Source: an uncultured Sphingobacteriales bacterium
GTDB taxonomy: Bacteria; Bacteroidota; Bacteroidia; CAILMK01; CAYYUA01
Reading direction: 5' to 3'
Length of the DNA stretch: 64,000 nucleotides
NCBI GenBank assembly: GCA_964595485.1
Contig: CAZQQN010000008.1
Location: 15,817-79,816 of the forward strand
Within the stretch, counting starts at the first letter, position 1; each line of letters opens with the position of its first letter. This document shows, one piece after another, positions 48,198 to 56,917 of this stretch. The notes under the pieces are model-generated. The model saw only the letters and a list, made by a program, of their open reading frames with translations, was not told the origin of the DNA and ran no database searches. A program made the translations under genes and the position numbers.

Positions 48198-49610
48198 CTA
48201 AATGTTTTTTATGGTTTTTTCGGTTGCTTCAAGAATCTTTTTTGCAGCTTCCCGACTATCAGCCTCAGCATAGATCCTTAGCACAGGTTCGGTCCCAGAA
48301 GGCCTGATCATAACCCATTGCGTAGGCCCAAGGTGAAATTTATAACCGTCAATGGTCTCAATGGCCTCTACCGGAAAATCCCCGAAGGCATTGAATTCCT
48401 GATTTTCACATTTGCTCATGACGGACTGTTTCAATGCTTCATCGATGTGGAGATCATTCCGCTCAACCGCAAATTCGCCTACTAAATCGTAAACCTCTCT
48501 GGAAAGGTCATCCAGGGTTTTACCGCTTTTCACCATATATTCCCATATCATAAGGCCTACCCAAATACCATCCCTTTCCGGTATATGACCACTCACAGCA
48601 ATGCCGCCGGATTCTTCACCTCCGACCAGCGTATTTCTGGGGTCATTTAGCATAATATCACAAATGTGTTTAAACCCGACTTTGGTAACTTTATTCGTTA
48701 ACCCGAACTGTTCGCACATCTGTCGAACACGGTCAGTGCACGAAAAGGTGTTTATCACCAGCCCTTCTTCCTTTTTATAGTTGTATAAATAATTGATAAG
48801 CATTAGAATGATATGGTGGGAATCAACAAATTCCCCCTTACTATTTAAAAGGCCTATGCGGTCAGCATCGCCATCAACAGCAAGGCCAGAAGCAATATCG
48901 TCTTGACTACCCACATGATTAACAAATTCCTCCAAATTTTTCATAATCGGTTCAGGGGGTACATGATTAAAGGATGGGTTGAATTCACAGTGTAGCAAAT
49001 CCGCATTGGGTAATAACCGTCTTATCACATTCTGACCAGCCCCATACATTGCGTCAAAAGCAAACCTTAGTCCTGAGTTACGGATGGCGTCAAGATCAAA
49101 ATGCTCTTCTGCGTGCTGAATGTAGAGAGACTCCAGATCGACAAACGACACCTTTTCTTGCTGTGCAAGTTCGGTTAAAGCAGGTGGGTTACCCTCGTAA
49201 TGCTTTGGAATCCGGTTTTCCACATCCTCTATCATGGATGGCACAGCAGGTCCTCCGTAGTGAGCTTTGATCTTAAATCCATTGTAAGAAGGTGGATTAT
49301 GACTAGCCGTGATGACAACACCAGCACCGGCCTGATACTTTGCAACACCAAGTGAAACCATTGGTGTGGAGGAAATACCTTCAGCAAGATAAACATAAAC
49401 ACCTTCATCTGCCATTACCTGTGCTGTATGTTTACCAAAGAGATCACCCCCAAACCTGCAATCATGACCAATTACCACAGTTAGGTTGTTGGGTGCATGG
49501 GCCTTTAACCAATCAGCAGTGGCTTTGGCTAAACGTCTGACGTTATCGGTCGTATAATCTTCGCCAATTACGGCTCGCCAGCCATCTGTGCCAAACTTGA
49601 TGTCTGTCAT
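48198..49610 (-). CDS. Phosphoglucomutase/phosphomannomutase family phosphohexomutase
   Basis: Active-site Ser loop TASHNPPSYNGFK, metal-binding DGDADR and sugar-binding GGEESGG. Confidence 0.85.
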   Translation of the reverse strand: MTDIKFGTDGWRAVIGEDYTTDNVRRLAKATADWLKAHAPNNLTVVIGHDCRFGGDLFGKHTAQVMADEGVYVYLAEGISSTPMVSLGVAKYQAGAGVVITASHNPPSYNGFKIKAHYGGPAVPSMIEDVENRIPKHYEGNPPALTELAQQEKVSFVDLESLYIQHAEEHFDLDAIRNSGLRFAFDAMYGAGQNVIRRLLPNADLLHCEFNPSFNHVPPEPIMKNLEEFVNHVGSQDDIASGLAVDGDADRIGLLNSKGEFVDSHHIILMLINYLYNYKKEEGLVINTFSCTDRVRQMCEQFGLTNKVTKVGFKHICDIMLNDPRNTLVGGEESGGIAVSGHIPERDGIWVGLMIWEYMVKSGKTLDDLSREVYDLVGEFAVERNDLHIDEALKQSVMSKCENQEFNAFGDFPVEAIETIDGYKFHLGPTQWVMIRPSGTEPVLRIYAEADSREAAKKILEATEKTIKNI

Positions 49611-49671
49611 ATAATTTGCTTTTGATTCTTATCGCTCACTTGCAAAAATCGGGTTTTCCAGTCATTTTACA

Positions 49672-50850
49672 TTAACGAAAAGCAGATAAACCCGTTATAT
49701 CCATTCCGGTAATCAGTAAATGAATTTCGTGCGTACCTTCGTAGGTTATTACAGACTCCAGGTTATTCATATGCCGCATGATAGAATATTCACTGGTAAT
49801 ACCCATACCCCCGAGTATTTGTCGCGATTCCCTGGCTACATTCAATGCTGTTTCAACGTTGTTTCGCTTTGCCATGGATATTTGAGCGGGGGATGCTTTA
49901 CCCTCATCTCTCAATGTGCCTAAACGCCATGCCATTAACTGACCTTTGGTGATTTCAGTAATCATTTCCGCCAGTTTTTTCTGGTTGAGTTGAAAACCAG
50001 CTATCGGTGTATCAAACTGTGTTCTTTCTTTTGAATAACGAAGCGCAGTATCGTAACAGTCCATTGCAGCACCCAAAGCGCCCCAGGCTATACCATAACG
50101 GGCAGACGAAAGACAGGAAAGTGGACCCTTCAAGCCTTCCACCTCAGGTAACAGGTTTTCTTTGGGGACTTTCACATTATCAAAAACCAGCTCACCGGTA
50201 GTAGAAGCCCTTAGCGACCACTTACCATGTATCTCAGGTGCTGAAAAACCTTCTAAATGACTATCCACTATCAAACCGCGAACCTTGTCGTTTTCATCTT
50301 TGGCCCAAACAATAGCAACCTGGGATAGAGGAGAATTCGAAATCCACATTTTCGACCCATTTAGCAAATAATGATCGCCTTGATCACTGAAGCGGGTTTC
50401 CATGGCACCTGGATCAGACCCATGATCTGGTTCGGTAAGCCCAAAGCAACCCAGGTATTCCCCGGAAGCTAACTTCGGCAAGTAATGTTGTTTTTGTTCT
50501 TCCGTCCCATACCGGTAGATAGGATACATCACCAAAGATCCCTGTACAGATGCTGTGGAGCGTATACCGGAATCACATCGCTCAAGCTCTTGCATAATAA
50601 TTCCGTAGGCAATGTTATCCATTCCACCTCCGCCATATTCTCTTGGGATGTTAGGACCAAACGCTCCCATTTCTCCAAGCTCCTTAACGACATGATCAGG
50701 GAATTCACCATTCAAGGCCGCATCTTCGATAATAGGAGAAAGGCTTTTTTTAACCCAGTCTCTCATAGAATCCCTGACCATCTTATGCTCTTCCGTAAGC
50801 AGGTCATCTATCTGAAAATAGTCGCAGTGCTGGTATAAGTCGGGTGTCAT
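49672..50850 (-). CDS. Acyl-CoA dehydrogenase, glutaryl-CoA dehydrogenase-like
   Basis: 392 aa, ACAD fold. GCFGLTEPDHGSDP, YEGTHEIHLL C-terminal motif. Confidence 0.8.
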   Translation of the reverse strand: MTPDLYQHCDYFQIDDLLTEEHKMVRDSMRDWVKKSLSPIIEDAALNGEFPDHVVKELGEMGAFGPNIPREYGGGGMDNIAYGIIMQELERCDSGIRSTASVQGSLVMYPIYRYGTEEQKQHYLPKLASGEYLGCFGLTEPDHGSDPGAMETRFSDQGDHYLLNGSKMWISNSPLSQVAIVWAKDENDKVRGLIVDSHLEGFSAPEIHGKWSLRASTTGELVFDNVKVPKENLLPEVEGLKGPLSCLSSARYGIAWGALGAAMDCYDTALRYSKERTQFDTPIAGFQLNQKKLAEMITEITKGQLMAWRLGTLRDEGKASPAQISMAKRNNVETALNVARESRQILGGMGITSEYSIMRHMNNLESVITYEGTHEIHLLITGMDITGLSAFR

Positions 50851-51087
50851 ATATGAATTTTTCTTTCATGCAAAAATAGCTAAAATCAGGCAAGGGCACA
50901 TAACCATTCACCCATTGTTGGGAACATTGCTATCCATCCATTGTTTGTTTAAATGCCTTTGACTTTTAAAAGATGATCCCAATGCGAAAAAACAATGCCA
51001 TCCGAGGCCATGAAGCGCTACATTTTTGGCCGAATCAACCTTTATGAGACGAAAAAATTGTTTTTTTGCGCCTAAAAGAAAATTACT

Positions 51088-51444
51088 ATGGCTTGGATAG
51101 GATTACAGGACATGGAAATTGAAAAAGTACCAATCGGTTATTACGATGAGGAAAAACTTATTGGCAATGATTTCCGGGTTTCAGTAATGGCGAATATACC
51201 AATGCCAGAACCGCAGTCGGATGAATTAGCAAACACCCTGAATTATGAAACAGTCTTTGCCACTGTTCACGCTGTTATGAAAAATGAGATGGACTTGATT
51301 GAAACAGCCGCTTACCACATATACGAAGGTTTAAAAGCTGAAGGTGCAGTTTTTGAAGAGCTGGAAGTCAGTATCCGAAAATACAAACCATTACAAGTCA
51401 AAAGCGGAGGTGATTCAGTGATAACCATGCGTTTCAAGAACTAG
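51088..51444 (+). CDS. folB: Dihydroneopterin aldolase
   Basis: 118 aa. …GNDFRVSV… NYETV… Y…E.L… layout typical of FolB. Confidence 0.7.
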   Translation: MAWIGLQDMEIEKVPIGYYDEEKLIGNDFRVSVMANIPMPEPQSDELANTLNYETVFATVHAVMKNEMDLIETAAYHIYEGLKAEGAVFEELEVSIRKYKPLQVKSGGDSVITMRFKN

Positions 51445-51505
51445 AGAGGACTACTCAGCTTGTTTAAAAGGCTTTTAAACGTTATATTTGCACCTGAAAA
51501 ATAAT

Positions 51506-51577
51506 GGTCCCGTGGCCGAGTGGCTTAGGCGGGGGACTGCAAATCCCTATACAGCGGTTCGAATCCGCTCGGGACCT
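51506..51577 (+). tRNA. tRNA-Cys (anticodon GCA)
   Basis: Acceptor stem GGTCCCG/CGGGACC. Anticodon loop CTGCAAA with GCA at positions 34-36. T-arm AGCGG-TTCGAAT-CCGCT. Discriminator T; CCA not encoded. Confidence 0.8.
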
Positions 51578-51584
51578 CGCTAAA

Positions 51585-51621
51585 CCCTTTGCAATGCTTT
51601 TGCAAGGGGTTTTTTATTTTT
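51585..51621 (+). terminator. Rho-independent terminator after tRNA-Cys
   Basis: CCCTTTGCAA-tgctt-TTGCAAGGGG (10-bp stem, one G-U) followed by TTTTTTATTTTT. Confidence 0.7.
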
Positions 51622-51745
51622 CGGGAACAAATCACGTTGCTTACCACCATTTGCTTTGAAAACACCCTTTAAAACTCAGTATCCCTTACCAACCTAATCT
51701 AAGCAAGAGGTTATTGCTTCAAAATAATTCCTTTAACTTGATCAA

Positions 51746-52423
51746 TTAATTAACATCATCTGCTTCTGTAGAATGATCGTTTTGACCGCTTTTGGCATTT
51801 GAGGTAATATTGGTAACACCCGCTGATACAATAAATTTCATAATGTCAGTCGGATTGGCATCAATGGGTGAAACCTTGTCCTTTGGGATCAGGAATAAGT
51901 TACCGGAAAAATTGTAAGAATGCGGACAGTATACGGCCACTAACCCTTCCAAATTGAGCATACTCAAATCTTCCTGAGTTATGAAACCCAACCGGTTCAT
52001 GCCTGAACTTGTCATTTCAACCACCACTGGTTTATTGAATTTCTTTTTATCCCCTACAAAAGCTTCCGTCAATTCCTTTAGGGAAGTGTAAATCAAGCTT
52101 ACAAAAGGCGTTTTACTGATACTTTTATCAAGGATCCGGAAAACAGCTTTGAAAAAGGCATTGGATAACAAATAACCAAAAAGCGCTATCCCGAAAAAAA
52201 CAATGATAATACCCATACCGGGTAGTTCAAACCCAAAAAGGTTGTTAAGCAGGTTATTGACCAAACCATCTATCCAACTGATCAAAGCAATAAGGATGAT
52301 AATGGTAGCACCAACGGGAAAAACAAAAAGTAAACCGCGTACAAAGTACTGCAGTATATTCTGCATTTGCTCTTTATAGGAGCTCGATTTTTTAAACTGA
52401 TTTTTAGGGGTTAACTCACTCAT
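51746..52423 (-). CDS. DUF502-family membrane protein
   Basis: Two N-terminal TM helices then a soluble domain (…PVVVEMTSSGMNRLGFIT…). ATG at 52423; TTG at 52432. Confidence 0.55.
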   Translation of the reverse strand: MSELTPKNQFKKSSSYKEQMQNILQYFVRGLLFVFPVGATIIILIALISWIDGLVNNLLNNLFGFELPGMGIIIVFFGIALFGYLLSNAFFKAVFRILDKSISKTPFVSLIYTSLKELTEAFVGDKKKFNKPVVVEMTSSGMNRLGFITQEDLSMLNLEGLVAVYCPHSYNFSGNLFLIPKDKVSPIDANPTDIMKFIVSAGVTNITSNAKSGQNDHSTEADDVN

Positions 52424-52447
52424 AGGAAACAATTCAAAACTGAATCT

Positions 52448-53722
52448 TCAGAAGCTTTGACCAATATCTTTCCGGTAGTAACTATTATCAAAATGAATAT
52501 TTTCGAGGCTAGCATAACACTTTTCTAAAGCACTTGAAAGATGGTTACCAAGGCTTGTAACAGCTAAAACTCGACCGCCTGAAGTTAGGATATCACCACC
52601 ATCACTTACTTTTGTACCAGCATGGAATACCCAGCTGTCTTTTAACTGGTCCAGCCCTTTTATAATTTTTCCTTTTTCATAATCCCCGGGATAACCGCCG
52701 GATACCATCATAACAGAGGCAGCAACCTCTGATTTAATAGGAAGGTTTACTTGGCTTAAATCCTGGTTTATGGTCTGCCTGGCAACTGATAAAAGGTCAG
52801 CATCCAACCTTGGTAAGATAGCTTCCGCCTCGGGATCACCTAATCGTACGTTGTATTCAAGTACGTAAGGTTCATCGTCCACCAGCACCAAACCAAAATA
52901 TAAAAAACCCCGGAAGCGGTTATTTTCCTGTTTGATACCCTTTATGGTAGGCTCGATAATGGTCTCTCTGATTCTATTGGTTAAGCTTTGACTTATTCCA
53001 GGTAATGGGGAAATAGCTCCCATTCCACCGGTATTTGGCCCGGTGTCTCCTTCTCCTGCTCGCTTATAATCCCGGGCACTGGGTAGCATTACATAATCTT
53101 CCCCATCTGTCATTATGATTATGGAGAGCTCTTCACCGGGCAGATATTCCTCTAAAACGATATTTTTACCAGCGCCACCTAATTTTTCTTTGACCAAGTA
53201 ATCCTCAAGGGTTTGCTTCGCCTCTTCCTCGTTATCGCAAATGACAACTCCTTTGCCTGCTGCCAGACCATCTGCTTTGATCACATAAGGAGGTTGCTGG
53301 TTATTAATCGCGTCTTTCGCTTTATCCACTTCGCTTGACTGGAAAGCAGCAAATTCACCGGTAGGGACATTGTATTGCTTCATGAATGCTTTAGCGTAAG
53401 CCTTACTGCCCTCCAATTGCGCTGCGGTTTTATCAGGCCCCAAAACAGGCACATCTTTTATATCCGGATCATTCAGAAAGTAGTCGACAATACCTTCTAC
53501 CAAAGGCTTCTCAGGGCCTACCACTACAAGGTTGATTTTTTGTTCCAGCACCAACCTCTTAATACTACCAAAATCATCTTCCTGTATATTTGCGTTGGTA
53601 CCGATTTCAGCAGTACCAGCATTACCAGGAGCTATACAAAGTTTATCGCAATCCGGGCTATTAGCAAGCTTCCAGCCAAGCGCATGTTCTCTGCCCCCGC
53701 CTCCAAGTAATAAAACATTCAT
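52448..53722 (-). CDS. purD: Phosphoribosylamine--glycine ligase
   Basis: MNVLLLGGGGREHALGWKL N-terminus and ATP-grasp core. ATG at 53722; the ORF track extends to 53743. Confidence 0.85.
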   Translation of the reverse strand: MNVLLLGGGGREHALGWKLANSPDCDKLCIAPGNAGTAEIGTNANIQEDDFGSIKRLVLEQKINLVVVGPEKPLVEGIVDYFLNDPDIKDVPVLGPDKTAAQLEGSKAYAKAFMKQYNVPTGEFAAFQSSEVDKAKDAINNQQPPYVIKADGLAAGKGVVICDNEEEAKQTLEDYLVKEKLGGAGKNIVLEEYLPGEELSIIIMTDGEDYVMLPSARDYKRAGEGDTGPNTGGMGAISPLPGISQSLTNRIRETIIEPTIKGIKQENNRFRGFLYFGLVLVDDEPYVLEYNVRLGDPEAEAILPRLDADLLSVARQTINQDLSQVNLPIKSEVAASVMMVSGGYPGDYEKGKIIKGLDQLKDSWVFHAGTKVSDGGDILTSGGRVLAVTSLGNHLSSALEKCYASLENIHFDNSYYRKDIGQSF

Positions 53723-53770
53723 AAAACTTTCTTTGAATGACACAAAAATAGGATGCCGCCCTTAAAAAGG

Positions 53771-54583
53771 CTAATAGCGTATTTTAAAATTTTCTTTAGA
53801 AAGGTCAGTATTGAAAAATAGCATGCCCATTCGGTGAAAATCCAAGGATAGGGTAACAGCCGAATGAGAAATAAGGTACTGCCATCCTTCCTGCATATTG
53901 GGTGACCAATAAATATCATCTATTACCATGACACCGTTTTCATGCATAGAAGGTAAAATGGCATCAAAGTAGTTAATCAAAGCATCCTTTTGATGGTTGC
54001 CATCCATAAAAACCAAATCAAGGCCTGGGAATTTAGCCAATGCTTCATTCAGGTTATCGTCAAAATCACCCTGAAAGATTTCAAGGTTTGGTGAATTATG
54101 ACTGGCAAACCATTCCTCAAGGTACTTCCGTGAGATATCCAGCGTTTCAGGACACCCTTCCATGGTTAATAACTTATGAGAAGGCTCCCTTTTATTCAAG
54201 CCCATCAATAAATAGGCGGTGGCAATACCAAATCCCATCCCTAACTCCAGAACATAGCGCGGTTCAAGATCCAAAGCTAACCGGTAAATTAGCTGGCCAT
54301 ATTTTTTAGGGACTGCAATCTTCTCTACTTCACTACCAACTTGAATAATGGGTGAATCTCCTCTTTTAACGGCCCCTAAGTCAGTTTTTTTTACCCATGT
54401 TCGATCTCTCGAAAGATTTTCACGCATCGATTCTATTTCCTGGTAAGCAGGATAATCTGTCTTATCCCTTATAACCTGCTCAATAAACCGATGCAGAAAT
54501 GGAGAATGAACATTAAAACGGCTTTTAGCTCTAAGCCAATGGTTGATATACGTATGAAACCTATATAGGTGATGGGTAGCCAA
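53771..54583 (-). CDS. Class I SAM-dependent methyltransferase (O-methyltransferase-like)
   Basis: VLELGMGFGIATAYL motif I, acidic residue after beta2, and DLVFMDGNHQ motif (as in CCoAOMT-like MTases, Methyltransf_24 type). TTG start as mapped. Confidence 0.55.
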   Translation of the reverse strand: MATHHLYRFHTYINHWLRAKSRFNVHSPFLHRFIEQVIRDKTDYPAYQEIESMRENLSRDRTWVKKTDLGAVKRGDSPIIQVGSEVEKIAVPKKYGQLIYRLALDLEPRYVLELGMGFGIATAYLLMGLNKREPSHKLLTMEGCPETLDISRKYLEEWFASHNSPNLEIFQGDFDDNLNEALAKFPGLDLVFMDGNHQKDALINYFDAILPSMHENGVMVIDDIYWSPNMQEGWQYLISHSAVTLSLDFHRMGMLFFNTDLSKENFKIRY

Positions 54584-54603
54584 GAAACCTCTTTTAAAAG
54601 CAA

Positions 54604-56517
54604 TTAATCATTGATTAAATCTAGTTTCCCCCGAATCAAAGCTGTCTCTTCCTTCAGCTGGTCTATCTTCTTGCGATAGTCCTGGATCATTTTCTCACCG
54701 TCCTTACTTGATTTTGAAAAAAGCTGGATATTCCCTTCTAAGATATCAATTTCCTCTTCATTTTCTTTTAGTTTCTTAGAGAGCTTACGTTCTTCCGATT
54801 TCAATTGATTGGTCTTTTCCTGCTCTTTCAAACCTTCTATTTTAATGCGAAAGTTGATTAATTCAGGGTTCGTCTCAACGTTATCTCCTGCTTTCTTTAA
54901 AAGTTGTTTTAAGGCCTTATCAAAACGCTTGCGGATTTTATCCTTTTCTTTAAGGGGTACAAAACCAATCTCCTGCCATTCTTGCTCAAATTGTTTAACG
55001 GCCTCTTCGGGGTTTTCAACACCTTCTTCAGCCGCTTTTTCTATACGGCTACAAAGCTCTTGCTTAGCTTTTAAGTTTTCCTTTTCTTCCTTTTCTCGCT
55101 CTTTGTAAAAGTCCCCTAATTTATCGAAGAACTGGTCACAGAGCGCACGAAACGCTTTCCAAAGCTTTTCCGATTCTTTCCTCGGTGCGGCATTGAGGGT
55201 TTTCCATTCTTTCTGCAGATCCAGGATCTCATTTTTGGCTGCTACATAATCCGCCGGTTCAACAAGTTTTCGAACCCTTTCAATGATTTCTTTTTTGCGA
55301 TTTAAATGCTGGGTTCTTTCTTTTTTCTTGCGCTTAAAAAATTGGTTCTTATTGTGGTTAAATCGCTTTACGGCTTCCTTAAATTCCGCAGTTATCTGGT
55401 CTTTCTTGTTATAAGGCACAAAACCGATTGAACGCCATTCATTGATCAGGGATTCAAGCTCCTCATCTTTCCGAACCCAATCCTTGGGGTTTTCAGACTC
55501 AAAATGCTCAAAAGCCTGGATTTTTTCAACGATCGCCTGTTTAGCTCTTAAATTCTTTTCCCGCTCGCGTTCAATGGCTTCCTCCAAAGATTGCCTCTGT
55601 TGCTCAACAGCTGCCATTGCCTGGTTAAAGCGGTTCAGGATTTTTTCGGATTCCTCGCGCGTAACTGGTCCAATGTGATGCCACTCATCTTCTATTCGCC
55701 GGGTTTCTTTTTTTATCTCCCTTAAATCCTGGCTATAGGCTAATTCTTCTAACCGATGACAAAGCTGTTGCTTACTTTCCAGGTTCTTTTTCCGGTCCAG
55801 CTCTTTGAATTCTGCATAGATACTCTGGTTATCGTAAAATTTATTAACGTAAAACTGATAGCTTTTTCGCAGATTTTCCAGGTCCTTTTTCGGTACATAT
55901 CCTATTTTGCGCCACTCTGCCTGGAGTTTTTTGAACTCATTGTAACCATCCTTGACAGTTTCCAGGTTTTCCGTGATGTGTTTCATCTTATCCAGAATAG
56001 CGCGCTTAGCTTTTAGGTTTTCTTCCTTTTCTTCATTACGGCGTTTAATTTCCGCGTCCCTTCTCTTTTTAAAATCATTGAAAACCTGGAAAAATTCTTC
56101 CTTCATCGGGTCGGGATTAAGCTTAAAATCAACCTCGCTATTCCCTTCCTCCTGGAATTTTTTAAGCGCAATCCGGTATTCATTCTCAAGAAAAATTTCA
56201 AAATATTTCTTAATATCCTGGATCTTATGGTTCACTTTTAGTGGTTCCTCTTCCTGAGCCAATTCTTTTAGCCGGGATAAAAGGCCTTTTTTACTATAAT
56301 GGGAAAAATCCTCTTCTTCCCTTTCCTCCTTCGCTTCCGAATGCTCCTCTTCATGTTCCTCATTTATAACATGTTGGGTTTTTTCGGTCTCATGCTCACC
56401 AGTGGTTATTGATTGACTGTTACCATTATTAGGACTTAGCACTTCATCCTCTTCCGAATTGGCATTATTTGTACCCGCATCATTAATGTTTGTCGTTTCT
56501 TCATTTATCATCTTCAT
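54604..56517 (-). CDS. DUF349-family repeat protein (charged coiled-coil)
   Basis: 637 aa, K/E-rich. At least 5 repeats of about 75 aa built around E-W-[RHKQ]-x-[IL]-G-[FPYA]-[VA]-P (EWRKIGYVPKKD, EWHHIGPVTREE, EWRSIGFVPYNK, EWKTLNAAPRKE, EWQEIGFVPLKE). Confidence 0.7.
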   Translation of the reverse strand: MKMINEETTNINDAGTNNANSEEDEVLSPNNGNSQSITTGEHETEKTQHVINEEHEEEHSEAKEEREEEDFSHYSKKGLLSRLKELAQEEEPLKVNHKIQDIKKYFEIFLENEYRIALKKFQEEGNSEVDFKLNPDPMKEEFFQVFNDFKKRRDAEIKRRNEEKEENLKAKRAILDKMKHITENLETVKDGYNEFKKLQAEWRKIGYVPKKDLENLRKSYQFYVNKFYDNQSIYAEFKELDRKKNLESKQQLCHRLEELAYSQDLREIKKETRRIEDEWHHIGPVTREESEKILNRFNQAMAAVEQQRQSLEEAIEREREKNLRAKQAIVEKIQAFEHFESENPKDWVRKDEELESLINEWRSIGFVPYNKKDQITAEFKEAVKRFNHNKNQFFKRKKKERTQHLNRKKEIIERVRKLVEPADYVAAKNEILDLQKEWKTLNAAPRKESEKLWKAFRALCDQFFDKLGDFYKEREKEEKENLKAKQELCSRIEKAAEEGVENPEEAVKQFEQEWQEIGFVPLKEKDKIRKRFDKALKQLLKKAGDNVETNPELINFRIKIEGLKEQEKTNQLKSEERKLSKKLKENEEEIDILEGNIQLFSKSSKDGEKMIQDYRKKIDQLKEETALIRGKLDLIND

Positions 56518-56917
56518 ACCATTTTTCGAATTCTTAACAAACCTTATTAATCAATACTTGCTAAGGCCATTTTTTAATAGAGAAAATTTCTCGCAACTGG
56601 CGTTAAGCAAATTTAGCAATTATTTTACACTCTTGTCAATCACTATGCTAAGTTAAACTAAAAAAATCTTTTAACGTCAGAAAAGCTGAAGGCTAATGTG
56701 TGATAATAATGTAAATACGGTTCGCGGCGCATTGTATCAAATAAATTGCTTTGCACTTTTACCACCTCACTTGATAATTTTAAATAAATACTTGTAAGCT
56801 AGTTAATTATTAACTAAATTACTTGATCTGTTACTAATGAGGAAGCGTTTTTTCGAGCATTGAAAAAGTCACAATTTTTTTAAATTAGACGTTTAAACAT
56901 TTATATTGGTAAAGCTT

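Noticed and set aside
51445-51745. tRNA-Cys as a possible integration hotspot for a mobile element
   Set aside because: No integrase, no direct repeat of the tRNA 3' end and no compositional break in the flanks. The tRNA is followed by its own strong terminator and then an ordinary DUF502 gene.
53771-54583. Possible pseudogene status of the methyltransferase because no ATG start exists
   Set aside because: The ORF is intact with all MTase motifs. A TTG start is plausible, so there is no evidence of disruption.
54809-56257. Several 80-100 aa ORFs on the plus strand inside the DUF349 gene
   Set aside because: They are artefacts of the K/E-rich repetitive coding sequence on the opposite strand (Ser/Phe/Leu-rich antisense translation).
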